From Escherichia coli 042 (GTDB lineage: Bacteria > Pseudomonadota > Gammaproteobacteria > Enterobacterales > Enterobacteriaceae), in assembly GCF_000027125.1 (NCBI RefSeq), contig NC_017626.1: a DNA stretch of 64,000 bases; one strand, written 5' to 3'. Under the pieces are notes generated by a model. The model ran no database searches. It saw only the letters and a program-made list of their open reading frames with translations, and was not told where the DNA came from. Shown here piece after piece: positions 57,809 through 64,000 of this stretch. How positions within the stretch are numbered: position 1 is the first letter of the stretch; the number at the start of each line of letters is the position of its first letter. The position numbers and the translations under genes were made by a program.

Positions 57809-58519
57809 TGCCAGCTGTGGTTGCACAACTTCGTGGCTTAACGGCTTGCTGACCACGTAACGGCCATTGACCACAGAAACGGTCGGTGGCTTACGGGTTT
57901 GCTCAAAGTAGTCGTAGCCCGGTTTCAGTTGCTCCCAGAAGTCCTTAAAGTTGGAATACTTATGGCGCTTCATATTAGCGTCGGTCATACGGAACGGGTA
58001 AATACTCACTTGCACGCTCGGCTGACCAAACACCAGCGCACCAGTAACGAACTGGAAGATCTCATCAATACCCTGATTGGTCATCGCGTAGCAGCCGATG
58101 GAAACACAATCGCCGTGGATCATCAGGTATTTCCCTTCATAACCATGCGCACGGTCATAGGCATTGGGGAATCCAATATTAATCGCTTTGTAGTAACGGC
58201 TGTCTGGTTTTAACTGATTACGCTGGACGCTATAAAACCCTTCCGGGCTTTTGAAATCGCCCTGACGCTGTTTTGGTCCTAAGCCGCCGGAATATTTACA
58301 GATTTTATAGCTGTCGAGCAGTTGATATTGCTCGCCCATTTTGACGTAGAGATCGAGCGTACGTTCTTCCTTGAAGATCTGGATGTAGACAGGGGATCCC
58401 ATCAACTGCTGCTTATACTCTTTGCTCACTGGCGTGGTCGAGCTACTGCTGCCCAGCAAACCGGCAAACGAAACGCACGGGATCAACAACATCGCAAGAA
58501 TTAATGCGATTTTACGCAT
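57779..58519 (-). CDS. yafK: L,D-transpeptidase-like periplasmic protein YafK (YkuD domain)
   Basis: 246 aa, signal peptide, catalytic motif HGDCVSIGC. Confidence 0.9.
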   Translation of the reverse strand: MRKIALILAMLLIPCVSFAGLLGSSSSTTPVSKEYKQQLMGSPVYIQIFKEERTLDLYVKMGEQYQLLDSYKICKYSGGLGPKQRQGDFKSPEGFYSVQRNQLKPDSRYYKAINIGFPNAYDRAHGYEGKYLMIHGDCVSIGCYAMTNQGIDEIFQFVTGALVFGQPSVQVSIYPFRMTDANMKRHKYSNFKDFWEQLKPGYDYFEQTRKPPTVSVVNGRYVVSKPLSHEVVQPQLASNYTLPEAK

Positions 58520-58810
58520 ACTGCTTATTCCTTGATAAAACGGTTACACACGCCAGGACGGCAAAATGGATCCCAAATCGGAATAGTCTGGATTTGGAAG
58601 GCTCACATTATCACCAAAAGAGTTTTACGCAAGCCTGTCGGCGCAGGGTTTACAAATTTAGCACAGGGGCAGTTTTCATTAGTCCGAAAAGCGCATGTAT
58701 CATTTATTTCCTAAGATTATGAAACCTCAATAGTAATATGCAAATAAGCAATTAATAATCCCGTTTACTCCTCCGGTCTTTTAAAATTCTCCCCTTCATT
58801 CAGCCGGTTT

Positions 58811-59569
58811 ATGTCCTTCATGTCTTCGTTCTTTCACGGCAGATTTCTGCATCCAGGCGTGTTTTCGTTATGCGTTTTGCTCCCTTTACTCGCCAGCGCC
58901 ACCACATCACATATCTCTTTCAGCTACGCCGCCCGCCAGCGGATGCAAAACCGTGCGCGTTTATTAAAACAGTACCAAACCCATCTGAAAAAACAGGCCA
59001 GCTATATTGTGGAAGGCAATGCCGAAAGCAGAAAGGCGCTGCGCCAGCACAACCGCGAACAGATAAAACAGCATCCAGAATGGTTTCCTGCGCCGCTCAA
59101 GGCGAGTGACAGACGCTGGCAGGCGCTGGCGGAGAACAACCATTTCTTAAGCAGCGACCATCTGCACAACATCACCGAAGTGGCGATTCACCGCCTGGAG
59201 CAGCAGCTTGGTAAGCCTTACGTCTGGGGCGGCACGCGGCCCGATCAAGGCTTCGACTGTAGCGGGTTGGTTTTTTATGCCTACAACAAGATCCTCGAGG
59301 CGAAGCTCCCGCGCACGGCCAATGAGATGTATCACTACCATCGGGCAACGATTGTGGCGAATAACGACCTGCGCCGGGGAGATTTGCTGTTTTTCCATAT
59401 TCACAGCCGTGAGATTGCCGATCATATGGGCGTGTATCTGGGAGACGGTCAGTTTATCGAGTCGCCGCGCACCGGGGAAACCATTCGGGTAAGTCGGTTA
59501 GCTGAACCTTTCTGGCAGGATCATTTTTTAGGCGCGCGCAGGATTTTGACGGAAGAGACGATTTTGTAG
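58811..59569 (+). CDS. yafL: NlpC/P60-family peptidase lipoprotein YafL
   Basis: 252 aa; NlpC/P60 catalytic region (DCSGLVFYAY with catalytic Cys, downstream His). Confidence 0.88.
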   Translation: MSFMSSFFHGRFLHPGVFSLCVLLPLLASATTSHISFSYAARQRMQNRARLLKQYQTHLKKQASYIVEGNAESRKALRQHNREQIKQHPEWFPAPLKASDRRWQALAENNHFLSSDHLHNITEVAIHRLEQQLGKPYVWGGTRPDQGFDCSGLVFYAYNKILEAKLPRTANEMYHYHRATIVANNDLRRGDLLFFHIHSREIADHMGVYLGDGQFIESPRTGETIRVSRLAEPFWQDHFLGARRILTEETIL

Positions 59570-59650
59570 GACGGATAAGGCGTTCACGCCGCATCCGGCA
59601 ATAGTGCACCGATGCCTGATGCGACGCTGCCGCGTCTTATCATGCCTACG
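59570..59650. repeat. REP pair (BIME) downstream of yafL
   Basis: GGACGGATAAGGCGTTCACGCCGCATCCGGCA and GATGCCTGATGCGACGCTGCCGCGTCTTATCATGCCTAC. Confidence 0.85.
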
Positions 59651-59745
59651 AGTCTGCGAATTTTTTGCGAGCTGCTTTCCCGATATAACACAACTTCATT
59701 GTCGACTTTTCCTTTTCTTCTTATCGTTGAGAAAAAGGAGTCGCC

Positions 59746-60243
59746 ATGTCTGAATATCGTCGTTATTACATCAAGGGGGGAACATGGTTTTTCACGGTAC
59801 ATTTACGGAATCGTCGAAGCCAACTTTTGACCACCCAGTACCAGACACTCCGTAACGCCATTATTAAAGTTAAGCAGGCCAGACCTTTTGAAATTAACGC
59901 CTGGGTAGTTTTGCCAGAGCATATGCACTGTATCTGGACATTACCCGAAAGTGATGATGATTTTTCCTCTCGCTGGCGGGAGATTAAAAAGCAGTTCACC
60001 CATGCTTGCGGATTGAAAAATATCTGGCAACCGCGTTTTTGGGAGCATGCCATTCGCAATACAAAAGATTATCGCCATCATGTTGATTATATTTATATAA
60101 ATCCAGTGAAACATGGCTGGGTAAAGCAGGTGAGTGATTGGCCATTCTCAACGTTCCATCGCGATGTAGCGCGAGGGTTATATCCCATTGATTGGGCGGG
60201 AGACATAACGGATTTTAGTGCCGGGGAGCGTATTATTTTATAA
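59746..60243 (+). CDS. rayT: REP-associated tyrosine transposase RayT (YafM; HUH Y1 transposase)
   Basis: 165 aa with HUH motif (HMHCIW) and C-terminal catalytic Tyr region; flanked on both sides by REP sequences. Confidence 0.9.
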   Translation: MSEYRRYYIKGGTWFFTVHLRNRRSQLLTTQYQTLRNAIIKVKQARPFEINAWVVLPEHMHCIWTLPESDDDFSSRWREIKKQFTHACGLKNIWQPRFWEHAIRNTKDYRHHVDYIYINPVKHGWVKQVSDWPFSTFHRDVARGLYPIDWAGDITDFSAGERIIL

Positions 60244-60665
60244 TTGTGCGCGGATGCCTGATGCGACGCAGGCGCGTCTTATCATGCCTACAAACTTGTG
60301 CCGGATCGGTGGGCCGGATAAGGCGTTCACACCGCATCCGGCAATTGTGCACCGGTGCCTGATGCGACGCTGGCGCGTCTTATCATGCCTACAAACCTGT
60401 GCCGGATCGGTGGGCCGGATAAGGCGTTCACACCGCATCCGGTAATTGTGCACCGGTGCCTGATGCGACGCTGGCGCGTCTTATCATGCCTACAAACCTG
60501 TGCCGGATCGGTGGGCTGGATAAGGCGTTCACACCGCATCCGGCAATTGTGCGCAGATGCCTGATGCGACGCTGACGCGTCTTATCATGCCTACAAACTT
60601 GTGCCGGATCGGTAGGCCGGATAAGGCGTTCACGCCGCATCCGGCAATTGTGCACCGATGCCGGA
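60244..60665. repeat. Tandem REP/BIME array of about four 101 bp units downstream of rayT
   Basis: TGCCTGATGCGACGC recurs at about 60255, 60357, 60458 and 60559 (101 to 102 bp period); each unit holds two REP palindromes in opposite orientation. Confidence 0.88.
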
Positions 60666-60681
60666 TTCGCCCCAAAGGCCA

Positions 60682-62775
60682 TCAACTCAACGCCCCCATA
60701 ATCTTCAACTCCAGCTCATCCGGCACTTCGTTATACGACAGCACATGCAGACCCGGCGCAAACAACCTTGCATAACGCGCCAGCAAAGGACGCAGCTGCG
60801 GCGGCACCAGCAGCACAGGGGCTTTCCCCGCTGCTTTCATCTGCTCCTTCACCTGCGGCATCGTACTCTGGAACTGGTTGAGCATATTCGGGTCAACCGG
60901 CACGCTGTCGAGCATCACTTTGCCGGCCTGTTGCGCCTGATTCACCACATTGGTCAGCAGATTTTCCAGCTCATTATTCAGCGTATACACCGTCAGCTCC
61001 TGTTTGCGAACGAACGGATGGGTAATGCTGCGCCGCAGCGCCAGGCGCACATCGGCCGCCAGCAGAATATGATCTTTGGTCAATGTGCTACTGGCGACCA
61101 GCACAGTGGCGATGGTGACGATATCGCGCAGGGAAACGCCTTCGGTCAGTAATGCACGGTACACTTTCAGCAACTGGCTGTAATTGAGCGCTGCGCTCAA
61201 ATCTTCCGCCAGTCGCGGTGCCATCGACGACAAACGATTATGCAACTGCGTAATATCGTCATAGTTAAATAAATCAGGAATATAGCTGCGCACAATCTTA
61301 TTCACATGGGTGGCAATCACGCTGGCGCTGTCGATCACCTGATACCCCATATTCAGCGCCTTCGCTTTCTGCGCGGGCTGGATCCAGGTCACCGGCATCC
61401 CGTACGCCGGGTCGTTCCCCAGCACGCCGTCAATCTCGCCGTAGGTTTCGCTGGAGGGCAGGGCCATCAGTTTATCCGCCGGAATATCCGCTTCATCAGC
61501 CTTAATGCCATTGATGAAAATGGCGTACTGGCTGGGCTTGAGGCGGAAGTTTTCCCGAATACGGATCTCCGGCAGCAGCACGCCGTTGCCGTCGGAAATC
61601 ACCTGCCGCACGCCGCGAATCCGCTGGGTGAGCGGGTTACCTTGGGCTTTATCGACTAGCGCCACCAGCTTGTAGCCGAGGCTTAAGCTGATGGGCTCGA
61701 TCAGCGGAATGGTTTCCCAACTGACCTGTTGCTCGCTGGTTTCGGTGATGGTTCGGGTCAGCGTTTCGAGGCTTTTCTCCTCCGCCTCCGCCGCCTGCGG
61801 GCGTTTGCTCATCCGCCAGCCGGTAAAGCCAAGCAGGGCGCTGAACAGCAAAAATGGCAGATGCGGCATCCCCGGCACCACCGCCAGCACAAACATGATC
61901 CCGGTGGCGGTGTAGAGCACCGACGGGCTTGCCAGCAGCTGGTGGCGCACGTCATGGGCGATATCGCCGTTGTCGCTGACGCGGGTGACGATAATTGCCG
62001 CTGCGGTGGAGAGCAGCAGGGACGGGATCTGCGCCACCAGCCCGTCGCCGATGGTCATCAGCACATACTGCTGGAAGGCGGCGTCGGCGCTCAGGTTGTA
62101 TTTGAAGATGCCGATACAGACGCCGCCGATCAGGTTGATCGCCAGAATCATCATCCCGGCGATGGCGTCCCCGCGCACAAACTTCGATGCCCCGTCCATC
62201 GCGCCGTAGAAATCGGCCTCGCTGGCAACATCTTTACGCCGGGTTTGCGCCTGCGCCTGGTTGATCAACCCAGCGTTAAGATCGGCGTCAATCGCCATCT
62301 GTTTACCGGGCATCGCGTCTAAGGTAAAGCGGGCAGAAACCTCGGAAATACGCTCGGCCCCTTTGGTGACGACGATAAAGTTGATGATCATCAGGATGAT
62401 AAACACCACAAAGCCGACGACAAAGTTGCCGCCAATCACCACCTGACCAAATGACTCAATTACCTTACCCGCCGCGCCCGCGCCGAGATGCCCGTGCAGC
62501 AACACCACGCGCGTAGAAGCAACGTTGAGCGTCAGGCGCATTAAGGTGGTGATCAGCAAAATGGTCGGGAACAGGCTGAATTCCAGCGGCCTTTTCGCTG
62601 ACACCGCCACCAGCAGTACCATCACCGCCAGCACAATGTTGAAGGTGAACAGAATATCCAGCAGCGCAGGCGGCAGCGGCAAAATAACCATCGCCAGAAT
62701 ACACAGGATCACCAGCGGCACGCCGAGATTGCCGCCGCGCAGTAGCGCGAGGAACGATTTAGTTGTTTTCGCCAT
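60682..62775 (-). CDS. lfhA: Flagellar type III export apparatus protein FlhA paralog (Flag-2 locus)
   Basis: 697 aa full-length FlhA-family protein (N-terminal transmembrane domain, FHIPEP region, cytoplasmic C-terminal domain); located next to rayT where the Flag-2 cluster begins. Confidence 0.85.
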   Translation of the reverse strand: MAKTTKSFLALLRGGNLGVPLVILCILAMVILPLPPALLDILFTFNIVLAVMVLLVAVSAKRPLEFSLFPTILLITTLMRLTLNVASTRVVLLHGHLGAGAAGKVIESFGQVVIGGNFVVGFVVFIILMIINFIVVTKGAERISEVSARFTLDAMPGKQMAIDADLNAGLINQAQAQTRRKDVASEADFYGAMDGASKFVRGDAIAGMMILAINLIGGVCIGIFKYNLSADAAFQQYVLMTIGDGLVAQIPSLLLSTAAAIIVTRVSDNGDIAHDVRHQLLASPSVLYTATGIMFVLAVVPGMPHLPFLLFSALLGFTGWRMSKRPQAAEAEEKSLETLTRTITETSEQQVSWETIPLIEPISLSLGYKLVALVDKAQGNPLTQRIRGVRQVISDGNGVLLPEIRIRENFRLKPSQYAIFINGIKADEADIPADKLMALPSSETYGEIDGVLGNDPAYGMPVTWIQPAQKAKALNMGYQVIDSASVIATHVNKIVRSYIPDLFNYDDITQLHNRLSSMAPRLAEDLSAALNYSQLLKVYRALLTEGVSLRDIVTIATVLVASSTLTKDHILLAADVRLALRRSITHPFVRKQELTVYTLNNELENLLTNVVNQAQQAGKVMLDSVPVDPNMLNQFQSTMPQVKEQMKAAGKAPVLLVPPQLRPLLARYARLFAPGLHVLSYNEVPDELELKIMGALS

Positions 62776-63898
62776 CCAGTTTAAGCACCTCTTTGGGAAT
62801 GGAAATATGTCTGTTCAGGGCCGGGCGCGGCTGTGCACCATCGCGCCAGTGTTTCATTTGCAGGACGTAGGTCAGAACGTGGGCGATAGCCCGGTAAAGC
62901 TGAAAAGGAATTTGCTGATTCACCTGAGTGGTGTAGTAAACCGAGCGCGCCAGCCGCGGGAACTCGACCACTTCCACCTGACTTTCAGCAGCGACCTGGC
63001 GAATATAGAGGGCGATTTCATCGGTGCCTTTCGCCACCACAAACGGCGCGGCGGCACGCGACTGGTCATACTGCAACGCCACGGCGTAGTGGGTCGGGTT
63101 GGTGATCACCACGTTGGCCTTTGGCACCACTTTGCGAATTTGCCCCATCGCCAGTTGCCGTTGCAGCCGCCGCACGCGCGCCTTCACTTCCGGCTTGCCT
63201 TCCTGATTTTTGTACTCTTCTTTCAGTTTTTGTTTGGTCATCTTCAGCCCTTTGGTGAACAGGGCTTTCGCCAGCGGCACGTCGAGAAGCGCAAAGAAAA
63301 TAAACAGGATGACAAAGTTGCGCATCACGCTGGCGTAGAGCGACAAACCGTCATTCATCGCCAGTTTGAACGGCAGCGCCTGCAGGCCGAGAAAGGCGGC
63401 AAAGTTATTGCGCAGGCTTACCCACAGCATCACCAGCACCACGGCAGACTTCACCGTCATCTTTCCCGTTTCCGCCAGATGTTCACTGGAAAACAGCCGC
63501 CTAATCCCTTTTAACGGACTGATTTTGCTGAAATCCGGGAGGATTTTTTTCGGCAGAAACAGCCAGCCGCCGGGCACCAGTGAGGAGAGCAGCGCGGCGG
63601 CGGGCATTGGCAGCAAGGTAAGAATAAACTTGCCGAGAATTAACAGGTGATGGCGCAGAAACTGGCCGATAGCGTCCGGGTTATTAATCTCCTGCGCGTA
63701 CTGATGCACGCTGATAAAACTCTCGCGCACAAAATCGGCATACCACGGGAAGCTGCTGGAGATCACCACAAACGCCGCAAACAGGCTCGCCGCCAGCCCC
63801 ATATCCTTCGAGCGCGGCAGTTGCCCCTCTTCACGCGCTTTACGCAGCTTTTGCGCCGAGGGTTTCTCTGTTTTTTCTTCGCTGCTGCTATCCGCCAT
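62759..63898 (-). CDS. lfhB: Flagellar export apparatus protein FlhB paralog (Flag-2 locus)
   Basis: 379 aa FlhB-family protein with NPTH autocleavage motif (VITNPTHYAVAL); overlaps lfhA by 17 bp. Confidence 0.85.
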   Translation of the reverse strand: MADSSSEEKTEKPSAQKLRKAREEGQLPRSKDMGLAASLFAAFVVISSSFPWYADFVRESFISVHQYAQEINNPDAIGQFLRHHLLILGKFILTLLPMPAAALLSSLVPGGWLFLPKKILPDFSKISPLKGIRRLFSSEHLAETGKMTVKSAVVLVMLWVSLRNNFAAFLGLQALPFKLAMNDGLSLYASVMRNFVILFIFFALLDVPLAKALFTKGLKMTKQKLKEEYKNQEGKPEVKARVRRLQRQLAMGQIRKVVPKANVVITNPTHYAVALQYDQSRAAAPFVVAKGTDEIALYIRQVAAESQVEVVEFPRLARSVYYTTQVNQQIPFQLYRAIAHVLTYVLQMKHWRDGAQPRPALNRHISIPKEVLKLDGENN

Positions 63899-64000
63899 AG
63901 TGACCTTTCAGCGCGTCGAGTTGTTGCAGGACAAAATTCGCCAGATGCAGATAGTGATCCGGCAGGTTGTAAAGCAGGGTGGCAAAGCAGACCAGCCCCA
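63888..64000 (-). CDS. lfiR: C-terminal end of the upstream export-apparatus gene, probably a FliR paralog (partial, start beyond window end)
   Basis: Open frame ...GLVCFATLLYNLPDHYLHLANFVLQQLDALKGHYGG ending in TAG and overlapping the lfhB start by 11 bp; assignment rests on synteny only. Confidence 0.45.
   Translation of the reverse strand, partial: GLVCFATLLYNLPDHYLHLANFVLQQLDALKGHYGG

Noticed and set aside
60244-60665. Regular about 101 bp direct repeats that could suggest a CRISPR array
   Set aside because: Units are far longer than CRISPR repeat-spacer periods, there are no unique spacers, each unit consists of recognisable REP palindromes, and there are no cas genes nearby. It is a REP/BIME array associated with rayT.

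Overview
This window is an Escherichia coli-type chromosomal segment (rRNA and tRNA sequences match the E. coli rrnH operon essentially exactly). Its left third is conserved core: tsaA (partial), rcsF, metQIN, gmhB, the complete rrnH operon (16S, tRNA-Ile, tRNA-Ala, 23S, 5S, tRNA-Asp), then dkgB, yafC, yafD, yafE, mltD, gloB, yafS, rnhA, dnaQ and tRNA-Asp aspV. Downstream of aspV and yafT lies a roughly 34 kb accessory island (about 18.1 to 52.1 kb) carrying a complete type VI secretion system. The main operon is on the minus strand (tssB, tssC, tssE, tssF, tssG, tagH, tssJ, tssK, tssL, clpV, vasI-like, tssA, tssM, vasL-like, hcp). A divergent plus-strand operon encodes hcp, vgrG, a DUF4123 adaptor, a 523 aa protein of unknown function and a 336 aa exported protein; the last two are the best candidate for an undescribed effector/immunity pair. 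The island's right edge holds two tandem ISAs1-family (H-repeat) insertion sequences, the first interrupted by a group II intron with its own reverse transcriptase/maturase, followed by two hypothetical ORFs and a deleted third IS remnant. Core genes then resume (yafV, ivy, fadE, gmhA, yafJ, yafK, yafL, rayT with REP arrays), with no room for the dinJ-yafQ module between yafK and yafL. The window ends in full-length flhA and flhB paralogs that by position belong to the Flag-2 lateral flagellar locus. Coordinates were read by hand from the sequence and ORF track; no database search or numerical computation was run.
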